Assembly (NCBI GenBank): GCA_944358225.1
Contig: CALVQP010000002.1
Coordinates: 1 to 33,999, forward strand
Direction of reading: 5' to 3'
Origin: an uncultured Bacilli bacterium
GTDB taxonomy: Bacteria; Bacillota_I; Bacilli_A; RF39; UBA660
Length of the DNA stretch: 33,999 bases
This document shows positions 1 to 9,549 of the stretch, in pieces. The position numbers were made by a program, and so were the translations under genes. The first letter of the stretch is position 1. Every line of letters begins with the position of its first letter. A model generated the notes under the pieces. It searched no databases. It had not been told where the DNA came from and saw only the letters and a program-made list of their open reading frames with translations.

Positions 1-42
1 TCATTTATGGTATATTAAATATAAATAAGAAGGGAGATAAAA

Positions 43-1605
43 ATGAAAGTTGTTAAAATTCAAACTTATAAAAACTCTTTAATATTTTCCTTCGTCGAAC
101 AAGAAAAATTAGATACTAATTTAACCATAATTACCACTCGCATTAATCTAGAAGAATTAGTTTTTTCAGCCCAGTATATATTAAAAAATAAAAAATTAGT
201 TATTAAATTCTTAGAAGAAATAATTTTAAAAAATAAAATAACTAAAATTACAATTGCTGATTATGAACTTTTTGATATCGTCATCGATTTAATAAGTAAG
301 TTAAAAATTATTACCCATTTACAATTGCGTGATAAAACTGTCCTAACCTACAATGATTGCTTAAAAATAATAAACATTAAGCATTTAAAAAAACTGACAT
401 GTTACTCTTTACCATTATTCATGCTTGAAAAACTAGATAATAATAATTTAGACGTTAAACTATATAGTGAAGAGTTTTACTTAAGCAATTTTTTTATTGA
501 TAATAAATTTAATAACTATGCTGACATTTACTATGCTAAAACCATAATTATCGACCATGACATGAAAGACGAAGATTATAATGATTTTGATACTTTTTTA
601 GAAATAAATAAATACTTAAAAGAAATATATTTGTATTACTATGACAAAGAAATTATTAGTAAACTGATTGATAAATTATATGAAGTTAATATTAAAAATA
701 TCAAATTTAAAATTTATCAACAAGAAGATGATAGTAAAGTTTTAAATGATATCGGAGTTTACTTAAATAAAAACAAAGTCAAAAAGAGAAATTATACTTT
801 TAAAATAATTTATTCCAAAGAATATATTAGTAAAAATTTATTTAAACAATTAACTTTTACAAATCTTAAAATGTGTGCCCTCATTATGATATCCATTTTA
901 CTAGTAGGTATCAGCTTTAAAATTTACTATGACTATAAATCTAATCAAGAAATTGATGATATCTACGATATGTTAGATATTATGGAAGATATTGAAGTTG
1001 AAGAAGGTAATGAAAACCAACAAATGGACGCAGCTGAACAACAAAAAGTTGTTGAAGCTTTAACTGAAGATTACGAAAAGCTTTTAGCCATCAATAGTGA
1101 TACTGTAGGATGGATAAAAGTAAATAATACTAATGTTAACTATCCCGTTGTGCAAACTACTGATAACGAATACTATTTAAATTATAATTTCTATAAAAAA
1201 CGCAACTATAATGGTTGGGTATTTATGGATTATCGCAATAGCATTGAAGAAATTAATGATAATACTATTATTTATGGCCATAATGGCACAATGTTTGGCT
1301 CTTTAAAAAATACTTTAAAAGAAAGATGGTATACAAATTCTAATAATCATATCATTAGTTTTAACACTTTATACGGTCAATTAAGATATAAAATATTTGC
1401 CATTTATGTCACAACTCCTGACTTTGATTATTTAGTAAATAATTATAAAAGTAAAACTAATTTTGAAAACTTTTTAGCCGAAGTAAAACAAAGAAGTATT
1501 TACAACTTTAATGTTGATGTTACCAGTAATGATAAAATTTTAACCCTATCAACTTGCGCCGAAAACGGTGCCAAAAGAATTGTTATTCATGCCAAATTAA
1601 TTTAA
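43..1605 (+). CDS. Membrane-anchored class B sortase-like transpeptidase with ~275-aa N-terminal extension
   Basis: ORF track. The C-terminal ~180 aa show sortase B hallmarks (TVGWIKVNNTNVNYPVVQ, IIYGHN, TLSTC catalytic Cys). One TM (ALIMISILLVGISF) follows a long N-terminal domain. GGGAG sits upstream of the ATG. Confidence 0.75.
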   Translation: MKVVKIQTYKNSLIFSFVEQEKLDTNLTIITTRINLEELVFSAQYILKNKKLVIKFLEEIILKNKITKITIADYELFDIVIDLISKLKIITHLQLRDKTVLTYNDCLKIINIKHLKKLTCYSLPLFMLEKLDNNNLDVKLYSEEFYLSNFFIDNKFNNYADIYYAKTIIIDHDMKDEDYNDFDTFLEINKYLKEIYLYYYDKEIISKLIDKLYEVNIKNIKFKIYQQEDDSKVLNDIGVYLNKNKVKKRNYTFKIIYSKEYISKNLFKQLTFTNLKMCALIMISILLVGISFKIYYDYKSNQEIDDIYDMLDIMEDIEVEEGNENQQMDAAEQQKVVEALTEDYEKLLAINSDTVGWIKVNNTNVNYPVVQTTDNEYYLNYNFYKKRNYNGWVFMDYRNSIEEINDNTIIYGHNGTMFGSLKNTLKERWYTNSNNHIISFNTLYGQLRYKIFAIYVTTPDFDYLVNNYKSKTNFENFLAEVKQRSIYNFNVDVTSNDKILTLSTCAENGAKRIVIHAKLI

Positions 1606-1609
1606 AAAA

Positions 1610-1942
1610 CTAAGTGTTTTTATGTATTTCACTTAGTTTTTCATTTATCCAAATATTCAGATTATTTTGTAGTCCTTTAAAACCTTGAGGATAGTTTAAA
1701 TTATTTTGTAAATCCTTAATAGATAAAGTTATTTGTTTTTTATCATCATCCACTGCCAAAATTTTTGCATTAATTACTTTATTAACATTCACATAATCTC
1801 TAATATCTTTCACAAAAGAATTCGAAATTTCTGAAATATGAATTAATCCGCTATAATCTTTATCCACAATTACAAAAGCTCCATAATTTTTAATTGCCGT
1901 TACTTTAACTTTAATAATATCTCCAACATTATATTTTTTCAT
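1610..1942 (-). CDS. S1 RNA-binding domain protein (YugI/general stress protein 13-like)
   Basis: GDIIKVKVTAIKNYGAFVIVDKDYSGLIHISEIS is a typical S1 OB-fold signature. Confidence 0.8.
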   Translation of the reverse strand: MKKYNVGDIIKVKVTAIKNYGAFVIVDKDYSGLIHISEISNSFVKDIRDYVNVNKVINAKILAVDDDKKQITLSIKDLQNNLNYPQGFKGLQNNLNIWINEKLSEIHKNT

Positions 1943-2031
1943 TTCTTTCTCCTATTTGCATTATATCGAATTTTTCTTAAAGTTCATAGACATTAATTAA
2001 AATTTTTTTTATAATATAATCGGTGATTTAA

Positions 2032-2250
2032 ATGGAAGAAAAAATACAAGCAGTGATAAAAGAGATTAATCCCTACTTAAATAGTGATGGTGGTAACATC
2101 GAGTTTATCAAGCTTGAAGATAATAAAGTATATATCAGATTAACAGGAGCTTGCCAAGGCTGCGATTATAGAGATATCACTATCAAAAATGTAATTTTGA
2201 ATATGATTCAAGAAGAAGTTCCTCAAATAACTGATGTTATAGCTATATAA
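2032..2250 (+). CDS. NifU C-terminal-domain (Nfu-type) Fe-S cluster protein
   Basis: 72 aa with DGGNIEF..V.LTGACQGC, the CxxC motif typical of Nfu/NifU-like domains. Confidence 0.8.
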   Translation: MEEKIQAVIKEINPYLNSDGGNIEFIKLEDNKVYIRLTGACQGCDYRDITIKNVILNMIQEEVPQITDVIAI

Positions 2251-2251
2251 A

Positions 2252-2276
2252 AACAACCATCAAGGTTGTTTTTTAC
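2252..2276 (+). terminator. Rho-independent terminator after the Nfu gene
   Basis: Stem aacaacc/ggttgtt, 5-nt loop, then a T-run. Confidence 0.6.
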
Positions 2277-2893
2277 AGATTTTTTTCTTTTTTTAACTTT
2301 TCATAATATATTTTTTGAGCCATCATCATGTACGGTAATACCCAAATCAAAAGTATTCCAAAGCTCATAATTCCCAACATAAGCCATCCTAAAAAGCTAA
2401 TCAAAAAATTAAAATAATCCCACTTATAGTTTTTCATAATTTCTATACAAGTTTTTAAGTTATCTTGAACTTTATTATATCCATCAACAAATAAATTACT
2501 ACTTTGTGAAAATAATATAGCTACATATATTGCCGGAAATAAAAACAAAACGATGCCCAAACTAGTCAAAATACTAATAATAAACGAAACGATTATTGCT
2601 TCTAAGACATTATGTTTATAATAATAAAATAAATCACTAAAATTATATTCTTCTTTTCGTAATAATTTTAATAAGTATCTAGAAATTCCAAACATTAAGG
2701 GAATAGTAACTAGATTATAGGCTAAAGATAAAACATTATACAAAAGCGATGTACTGTCTTTTATAACATAAGCAAATAAGAAAGTATATAAAAAAGAAAC
2801 AATTAAATTAACTAGTAAAGCTTTCCATATATTCCAAATATTATCTTTTACAAATTCTTTAGCTTCTTTTTTTATTTGATATCTATCCATCAT
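2273..2893 (-). CDS. Polytopic membrane protein (DUF975-like)
   Basis: Several hydrophobic segments. The N-terminal IKKEAKEFVKDNIWNIWKALLV pattern resembles the DUF975 family. Recalled by eye only. Confidence 0.5.
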   Translation of the reverse strand: MMDRYQIKKEAKEFVKDNIWNIWKALLVNLIVSFLYTFLFAYVIKDSTSLLYNVLSLAYNLVTIPLMFGISRYLLKLLRKEEYNFSDLFYYYKHNVLEAIIVSFIISILTSLGIVLFLFPAIYVAILFSQSSNLFVDGYNKVQDNLKTCIEIMKNYKWDYFNFLISFLGWLMLGIMSFGILLIWVLPYMMMAQKIYYEKLKKEKNL

Positions 2894-2920
2894 TTTCCTC
2901 CCACTACCATTATATTACAA

Positions 2921-4927
2921 CTATTTTAGAAAATCTATTTCTTTTATAATTTTTAAATATTTCTGATTCCCCAAAAAATTATTATTAATATTATCTTCTA
3001 AGTATTTTAAAGAATCTTTTTGAGCTTGCAATAAAATTTTATAATCTGTTTTAATATTAGCTAATTTAAAACTTACTTCTCCACTTTGTCTATCTCCAAA
3101 TAAATCTCCCTCTTTACGTAATTCAAAATCTTTTTGACTAATATAAAATCCATCATTACTTTCTTCTAAAATTTGCAGTCTTAAAGTATTTTTAGCACTT
3201 ATTAAATAGCAATAACTATCAAGATCATTTCGTCCAACTCTTCCCCTAAGTTGGTGTAATGTAGCCAGTCCAAATCTCTCACTATTAAAAATAACCATCA
3301 TTGTAGCATTAGCAACATCAACACCTACTTCGATAACTGTAGTCGAAATTAAAATACTATACTTTTTATTCAAAAAGTCTTCCATTACTTTTTCTTTTTG
3401 TTCTTGTTTCAATTTACCATGAATTACCCCGATATTCACATGATCCTTAAATGCTAATTTAAATTTTCTTACTAAACTGTTTACATCTGTTAATAAAGGA
3501 TCATCATTTTCTTCAATACTAGGAGCAACTATATATATTTGATGTCCCTTCTTTAACTCTTCTAAAATATGATACAAAACATCTTTTAATTCTTCAGGCT
3601 TTTTTAAAATTGTTTTTACTTCCCTACGTCCTTGAGGTTTAGTTTTTATTATTGAAGTTTGCATATCACCATACAAAGTTAAAGCATAAGTACGTGGAAT
3701 TGGTGTTGCCGATAAATATAAAACATCTGGCATTTGTCCCTTATTAACCAAATTACTTCTTTGATTAACCCCAAAACGATGCTGTTCATCAGTAATAACC
3801 AATCCTAAATTATTAAAACTTACATCCTCACTTAATACTGCGTGAGTGGCGATTACAAAATCTATTTTTTGATTTTTAATATCTTCTAAAATTAAAGATC
3901 TTTCTTTCTTTTTACATTTTCCAGTTAACAAACAAATATTTAAATTATAATCTTTAAAAATTTCCAAAAGAGAATAATAATGTTGTCTAGCTAATATTTC
4001 AGTCGGAGCCATCAAAACACTTTGATAGCCATCCAAAAAGTTTAAATACATCGCCATAAAACTCACTATGCTTTTACCGCTGCCTACATCCCCTAATATT
4101 AACCGATTCATTCTTTTGCTATCCAAAAAATCTTCTTCAATATCTTGGATAGCTTGCTTTTGATCATTAGTAAGTTCAAATTTTAAAGATTTTATAAATT
4201 GCCATAGTTCTTTATTATGTTCTTTTCTTTTTAAAAACGTCTTAGAATTATTATTTTTATACTTTAAATAATTTATTTTAAACATAAATATAAATAACTC
4301 TTCATAGATAAGACGCAATCGAGCCTTTTTTAAACTTTTAATATCCTGCGGCTGATGAATAATTTTTAAAGCTTCTTCTTTACTAGTAAAATTATAAGTT
4401 TTAGTTAAATAAAAGGGAATATAATCATCAATATCGATATTCTCTACCAACGCTTCTTGAATTATTTTAATTAAAAAAGAATTTTTAACTTCTTTTACTA
4501 CATGGTATTTAGGTCCTATTTCTAACTTATTTATTTCTTTTAATTTAATACCACTAGCATTAAAAGTATTATTTTTAGGATTATATTTGCCAATTAAAGT
4601 AATCACTTGACCCAATTTTAAATGTTATTTTAAAAAAGCTCTATTAAAAATAACCACATTTATTAAAGCATTATTAGTCATAAATTTAAAAGATAATCTA
4701 TTTAAATTTTTCTTTATAAAACTTAATCCAATATTAGAACTTATTCTTCCCACAATACATTTACTAACTTCAGTTGCACTTTTATAATCTTGAGGATAGA
4801 AAAAATCATAACGATATGGATAATATTCCAACAAATCTTTAATATTACTAATTTTTAATTTATTTAGATGTTCCAATGTTTTTGGACCAACACCTTTTAA
4901 ATTTTCTAACGATTTCATAGCTATCAC
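2921..4927 (-). pseudogene. recG: ATP-dependent DNA helicase RecG interrupted by one in-frame TAA (4625-4627)
   Basis: ORFs 4625..4927 (wedge-domain N-terminus) and 2921..4615 (GDVGSGKS Walker A, DEQHRFG, QLRGRVGR) are in the same frame. They are separated only by TAA-CAT-TTA-AAA. The stop aligns to a Lys in the conserved FNRxxLKKxL stretch. Confidence 0.8.
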
Positions 4928-4971
4928 TATTCAAAAGTATAACACAAACATACATTTGCTTGCAATGATCA

Positions 4972-5001
4972 AAAATAAAAAAGTCATATAAGAATATGAC
5001 C
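4972..5001 (-). terminator. Rho-independent terminator downstream of ORF 5014..5271
   Basis: On the minus strand: GGTCATAT-TCTT-ATATGAC followed by TTTTTTATTTT. Confidence 0.65.
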
Positions 5002-5013
5002 TCTAAAAATCAA

Positions 5014-5271
5014 TTAGCGTAAACGATGTGTACGACGTGCTACTACAGAATTAGTTTTAGCTCCTTGCTCAGCAGCTTGCTGTAACTCTACATCAATATG
5101 GCTTAAATTCAACTCTTGACCATGAGCTTTATACCAGCGTTCAGCTATTAACTTAGCAGTAAAACAATCACTTGCACTAACATAAGAATTATCAAATATT
5201 TTTATATCAAAATTATCCATAATATACTTAGCACATTCTTCACATACTGGAAAACTTACTAACATTATCAA
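5014..5271 (-). CDS. Hypothetical small protein with N-terminal CxxC
   Basis: ORF track with GGAGG upstream. No family recognised. Confidence 0.45.
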   Translation of the reverse strand: MIMLVSFPVCEECAKYIMDNFDIKIFDNSYVSASDCFTAKLIAERWYKAHGQELNLSHIDVELQQAAEQGAKTNSVVARRTHRLR

Positions 5272-5334
5272 AACCTCCTTAACTTTAAACTATATTATAG
5301 TGTTTTTTTCATTAAAATCAATAGTAAAATAACT

Positions 5335-5544
5335 CTACATATATTTATTCATTTGATTCATCATCTGACGAACTTGCTTTTGTGAAGGTTTTCTTCCCAT
5401 TCCACTCATCAAAGCCTCAATCATTTTTTCATTTATTGGAGGATTTTCTTTTAAGTATTTTTGTGTCATTTTCTTAGATATCAAAAATCCAATCACTAGT
5501 CCTACTACTAGTCCCAAAACTACAAGTAAGATATCTCCTAACAT
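5335..5544 (-). CDS. yneF: UPF0154/YneF-family small membrane protein
   Basis: An N-terminal TM followed by [29 protein letters not shown], the typical YneF signature. Synteny with lexA and the sirA-like gene supports it. Confidence 0.75.
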   Translation of the reverse strand: MLGDILLVVLGLVVGLVIGFLISKKMTQKYLKENPPINEKMIEALMSGMGRKPSQKQVRQMMNQMNKYM

Positions 5545-5597
5545 ATCAAATCTCCTTTACATTTAATATTTTACTAAATTTTTCTTTTAAAAACAAG

Positions 5598-6014
5598 TTA
5601 TACCAAAATACTTTCTAACCAAAAATAATCCTTATTCATAAAATCACAAACAAATATATTTTTTTCATTAACAAGTCTTTTTAAAAAATCTGGATTAGTA
5701 ACATTTGTCTTTAAAAGCATAAACGATTTATTAATAATTAACTTAGATTGTTCATCACTATAAAAATCATTAATCATATGCACATTATTAAATTTTGTAT
5801 AATTTATATTTTCTTGATAATATAAAAACAAATTCTTATTTAAAATATTATCTTTAAAAGGTTCTATTATTTGTTCAAAGATGTTATAAGCCATATCTAC
5901 ATTAGTTTTATCTGTATAATATATTTCTTCTAAACTTTTAAATAAATTCAAAGGACAATTTTTAGTTAAATTACAAAATTCTTTATTTATTTTAAACAAA
6001 TAAAATGTACGCAT
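5598..6014 (-). CDS. sirA: SirA (YneE)-like sporulation inhibitor of replication
   Basis: N-terminus (MRTFYLFKINKEFCN) and C-terminus (CDFMNKDYFWL) resemble recalled B. subtilis SirA. It lies next to yneF as in Bacillus. Recalled by eye only. Confidence 0.5.
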   Translation of the reverse strand: MRTFYLFKINKEFCNLTKNCPLNLFKSLEEIYYTDKTNVDMAYNIFEQIIEPFKDNILNKNLFLYYQENINYTKFNNVHMINDFYSDEQSKLIINKSFMLLKTNVTNPDFLKRLVNEKNIFVCDFMNKDYFWLESILV

Positions 6015-6073
6015 TTTATATCACCAATAATATTATAAAAGCATCTTCAACTGTAATATGTCGCATTTTGTCA

Positions 6074-6217
6074 TTAGTATTTTAGGATAATAACGTTTGC
6101 CTTTTCTTCTAAGCTTTCATTTACTTTTTCATTATTACTACATAACACAAAAATAAAAATAACAATCAATAAATAGAAACCTCCTATTTTGAAATAATCT
6201 TTTAACTCTTGTTTCAT
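6074..6217 (-). CDS. Unlisted 47-aa single-TM peptide (MKQELKDYFKIGGFYLLIVIFIFVLCSNNEKVNESLEEKANVIILKY), divergent from lexA
   Basis: Hand translation. ATG at 6217-6215, AGGAAG 7 nt upstream, TAA at 6076-6074. A promoter overlapping an SOS box lies upstream. Confidence 0.45.
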   Translation of the reverse strand: MKQELKDYFKIGGFYLLIVIFIFVLCSNNEKVNESLEEKANVIILKY

Positions 6218-6241
6218 AAACACACTTCCTTTTCTAGATCA

Positions 6242-6271
6242 ACAATATCACGAACATTTATTCGTTGTCAA
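6242..6271 (-). promoter_or_regulatory. Putative sigma-A promoter for the 47-aa ORF
   Basis: Minus strand: TTGACA (6271-6266), an 18-nt spacer containing the SOS box, then TGaTATTGT (-10 at 6247-6242). Confidence 0.45.
6251..6264. promoter_or_regulatory. LexA operator (Cheo/SOS box) 1
   Basis: CGAACATTTATTCG against the Gram-positive consensus CGAACRNRYGTTCG. Confidence 0.7.
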
Positions 6272-6279
6272 ATGTTTTT

Positions 6280-6293
6280 TGAACAAATGTTTG
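6280..6293. promoter_or_regulatory. LexA operator (Cheo/SOS box) 2, overlapping the lexA -35
   Basis: TGAACAAATGTTTG against consensus CGAACRNRYGTTCG. Confidence 0.6.
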
Positions 6294-6319
6294 ACTTTTT
6301 ACATGTGCTATGTTAAGAT
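6291..6319 (+). promoter_or_regulatory. Putative lexA promoter
   Basis: TTGACT (6291-6296), a 17-nt spacer, then TGtTAAGAT extended -10 (6314-6319). GGAGG RBS before the ATG at 6338. Confidence 0.5.
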
Positions 6320-6337
6320 TATTTTGGAGGTATAAAT

Positions 6338-6958
6338 ATGGATAAAAAACTCACTAAAAAACAACAAGAAGTCTTGCAATATGTCAAGAAATTTGTTGTA
6401 GAACATGGGTTCCCACCGTCTACAAGAGAAATATGTGCTGGTTTAAACTTATCATCTCCTGCCACAGTACATGCTCACTTAAAACACTTAGAAAAAGCAG
6501 GATGCATTCGCAAAACTAATTCTAAATTCCGTACAATCGAAATTTTAGTTGAAAATGAGTTTGATAAACAAGATGATAATATTATTAAAGTACCTTTATT
6601 AGGTAAAATAACAGCTGGAAGTCCCATTGAAGCAATTGAAATGCCCGATACTTTTTTTGATCTCCCAGCATCTTTAGTTTCTTCAAATAAAGAAATATTT
6701 ACTTTAAAAGTGAGTGGTGAAAGTATGATTAACGCCGGGATTTTCGACGGTGATATCGTCATTGTCGAACGTCAAAACACTGCTCATAACGGTCAAATAA
6801 TCGTTGCTATGACAGAAGAAAATGAAGTTACATTAAAAACATTTTATAAAGAAAAAGACCATATTAGATTACAACCAGAAAATGATACCATGGATCCAAT
6901 TATTTTACCCAACATTACTATATTAGGAATAGCCGTTGGATTATATCGTAAAATATAA
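6338..6958 (+). CDS. lexA: LexA repressor
   Basis: N-terminal wHTH (PPSTREICAGLNLSSPATVHAHLKHLEKAG), Ala-Gly cleavage site (ITAGSP), and S24 peptidase motifs (GESM .. LK). Confidence 0.95.
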   Translation: MDKKLTKKQQEVLQYVKKFVVEHGFPPSTREICAGLNLSSPATVHAHLKHLEKAGCIRKTNSKFRTIEILVENEFDKQDDNIIKVPLLGKITAGSPIEAIEMPDTFFDLPASLVSSNKEIFTLKVSGESMINAGIFDGDIVIVERQNTAHNGQIIVAMTEENEVTLKTFYKEKDHIRLQPENDTMDPIILPNITILGIAVGLYRKI

Positions 6959-6965
6959 AAATTAA

Positions 6966-6992
6966 AAATGTAGACTAAGTTCTACATTTTTT
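6966..6992. terminator. Bidirectional rho-independent terminator between lexA and the rhomboid gene
   Basis: Stem aaatgtaga/tctacattt, 6-nt loop, with T-runs on both strands. Confidence 0.7.
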
Positions 6993-7012
6993 GTTTTAAA
7001 TATTTTAATTTA

Positions 7013-8170
7013 TTAATGAGCTACTATCATAAATCCTAAAAATATTACTAAAAGTACATATACAATAACCCCATTAACACGCTCTAAAACTTGACTTTTA
7101 TTTTTTAATCCTAATCCCATAGTAGCAAGGACGCCCCCAATTAATCCCCCGATGTGAGCAAAATTATCTATTCCAGATAAACAAAATCCTAAAAGCAGAT
7201 TAAAGATAATTAAAGGAATTATTTGTGTTTTCAAAACACTTCCAAAATATACTCGGTAATGATAGCCAAAGTAAGCTAAAGATCCTATGAGACCAAACAC
7301 TGCGCCACTTGCGCCAATAGATAGTTCTCTTGTTAAAACACAAGATAACAAACTTCCCATTAAAGCACTAGCAAAATAAATTACTAAAAACTTAGCTTTT
7401 CCTAAAAAATTTTCTAACTGACTACCGACTATTTTTAAAGAATACATATTAAATACTAGATGCATAGGAAAATAAATTGGACCAGCATGTAAAAAAGTAC
7501 CTGTAATTAAACGATAAATTTCTCCGTTTTTAACTAAAGTAGCATCAAGGGCAAACATATCATACAAACTAATATTTCCATAAGATGCATAAAATAATAA
7601 ATAAGTAAGTACAAAACAAGCAATATTTATACCGATTAAGACATTAGTTACAACGATTTTTTTAGGTTTAAAAACTTCTTCATAATCTTTATTCTTTTTA
7701 TCTGTTTTTTCATTAATCCCATTAGTAACATCAATAAATAGATCTAATCCTTTTTCATCATTCAAAGGATTATTTTTAATTTCCGGAAAAATTGCGGCTA
7801 ATTTTGAAGATTTTTTTACATCTGAAATATTTCTAATAACAATTGTCTGAATATTTTTAGTATCCTTAACTTCAATATCTTCATTTAAATCCAGTAAAAT
7901 ATTTACCACACGCATTTTCCAAGTTAAAGTTTTTCTTTTAATTTGTTTACAAATATTATTTACTTTAAACAAATCATAATTTAACTGTTCCACATTATGT
8001 ATATAATTAGCATTAATGCGAACTATTTTATAAAAAGCTTCTGTATTTTCCAACCAAATCTCATCTTTAACTCCCTTGACAATCACTGGAGTATAATTTT
8101 CTTCGGTTACAAAATAATGTACTAGCTTCATTATAATTTCATCACTTTTACTCATCACTAGTTTGTCCAT
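7013..8170 (-). CDS. Rhomboid-family intramembrane serine protease with N-terminal cytoplasmic domain
   Basis: GASGAVFGLIGS (catalytic Ser) and AHIGGLIGG (catalytic His) within a multi-TM C-terminal half. Confidence 0.85.
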   Translation of the reverse strand: MDKLVMSKSDEIIMKLVHYFVTEENYTPVIVKGVKDEIWLENTEAFYKIVRINANYIHNVEQLNYDLFKVNNICKQIKRKTLTWKMRVVNILLDLNEDIEVKDTKNIQTIVIRNISDVKKSSKLAAIFPEIKNNPLNDEKGLDLFIDVTNGINEKTDKKNKDYEEVFKPKKIVVTNVLIGINIACFVLTYLLFYASYGNISLYDMFALDATLVKNGEIYRLITGTFLHAGPIYFPMHLVFNMYSLKIVGSQLENFLGKAKFLVIYFASALMGSLLSCVLTRELSIGASGAVFGLIGSLAYFGYHYRVYFGSVLKTQIIPLIIFNLLLGFCLSGIDNFAHIGGLIGGVLATMGLGLKNKSQVLERVNGVIVYVLLVIFLGFMIVAH

Positions 8171-8234
8171 ATGTTCTGCCTCTTTCTCATAATATTATAT
8201 TATTTTTCATAGGATTAGTAAAGGAGTTGTTATT

Positions 8235-8678
8235 ATGGCTATTTTAACATTTTTAAGTATTTTAGTACCATGGTTTTTATCAAGTATCGTTTTTCCCTTT
8301 AACCCTGAATTTTACAATAATTTAAATCTACCAAACTTCACTCCTCCAAATATTATCTTCGCCATCGTTTGGAGTATCGTTTATATTTTAATAGCTTTAA
8401 GTATTTATCTTATTTTAAAACAAAATAAAGGTAACAAAAGTTATTTGTTTAGTATCTTAACCAATTACATTTTTAATCAATCTTTTTCATTATTTTTTTT
8501 CTACTTTCAAAATTTAACCTTAACTTTATATACAATATTTCTATTACTAGCTAGCACTATCTACTTTATCAAAGAAACAAAAAAAATAAGCAATACATCA
8601 TTTTATTTACTTATTTTTTATTTATTATGGGTTATTTTTGCCACTATTTTATTTACAACTATCTATTTTACTAATTAA
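8235..8678 (+). CDS. TspO/MBR-family membrane protein
   Basis: Five-TM ~150-aa protein with an FTPPN..F..VWSIVYILIALS pattern. Confidence 0.65.
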   Translation: MAILTFLSILVPWFLSSIVFPFNPEFYNNLNLPNFTPPNIIFAIVWSIVYILIALSIYLILKQNKGNKSYLFSILTNYIFNQSFSLFFFYFQNLTLTLYTIFLLLASTIYFIKETKKISNTSFYLLIFYLLWVIFATILFTTIYFTN

Positions 8679-8679
8679 T

Positions 8680-9513
8680 TTACTTTAAATCTTTAATTTT
8701 TAAATCATCCATATCTTCAAACACTTTATTTTCACCAACCATCGCCCAAATAAACTTATAACTACTTGTACCACAACCAGCATGAATTGACCAACTTGGC
8801 GAAATAACTGCTTGTTCATTTTTCATAACAATATGTCTAGTTTCATCAGGTTCTCCCATATAATGCATTACTACATTATCATCATTTAAATCAAAGTAAA
8901 AATATACTTCCATTCTTCTTTCATGAGTATGAGCAGGCATTGTGTTCCATACACTACCATCTTTTAATTCTGTACAGCCCATCATAAGTTGACATGTATC
9001 GACAATACTAGAATGAATTAATTGATTAATCACTCTTTTATTAGAAGTTTTACTATCGCCACAAGGTACTCTTTTAGCGTTTTCCATATTTATAAGTACA
9101 GTCTCTTTTGCTTCATGAGCAGGTGCAGATGCTAAATAAAACTTCGCATTCTCTATATTTTCAAAAATAATTCTTTTATGATTTTTTCCTACATACAAAG
9201 CATTTAAATTATCTAAAACATACTCTTTGTCATCTACTACTACTTTTCCTTTAGTTCCAATATTAATAATTCCTAGTTCCCTAGATTCTAAAAAATAATT
9301 CATTCCTAATTCTTTTTTGACATCCATTGCTTCATCTAAAACTAGTGGTTTACTTACAGGCATAGCCCCACCAAAAATAATTCTATCAATATGTGAATAA
9401 GTTAATAAAATCTCATCTTTACTAAATATTTTTTTTACTAAAAATTCTTTTCTAATTTCTTTTGTTGTATAATGTTTAAAATCTTTTGGATTTGCTCCAT
9501 ATCTTACTTTCAT
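8680..9513 (-). CDS. kduI: 5-dehydro-4-deoxy-D-glucuronate isomerase
   Basis: 277 aa. Colinear with recalled B. subtilis KduI (WNTMPAHTHERRMEVYFY, AVISPSWSIHAGCGT, FIWAMVGEN). Confidence 0.85.
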   Translation of the reverse strand: MKVRYGANPKDFKHYTTKEIRKEFLVKKIFSKDEILLTYSHIDRIIFGGAMPVSKPLVLDEAMDVKKELGMNYFLESRELGIINIGTKGKVVVDDKEYVLDNLNALYVGKNHKRIIFENIENAKFYLASAPAHEAKETVLINMENAKRVPCGDSKTSNKRVINQLIHSSIVDTCQLMMGCTELKDGSVWNTMPAHTHERRMEVYFYFDLNDDNVVMHYMGEPDETRHIVMKNEQAVISPSWSIHAGCGTSSYKFIWAMVGENKVFEDMDDLKIKDLK

Positions 9514-9549
9514 TTTAATAATCTAACTCCTTTTTATATATTTTATATT

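Noticed and set aside
4625-4627. The possibility that the in-frame TAA in recG reflects stop-codon reassignment or programmed readthrough.
   Set aside because: TAA terminates most other ORFs in the window at positions consistent with full-length homologs. I saw no recoding signal.
6475-6762. A 95-aa ORF antisense to lexA.
   Set aside because: It is embedded in the unambiguous lexA CDS and has no RBS or motif.
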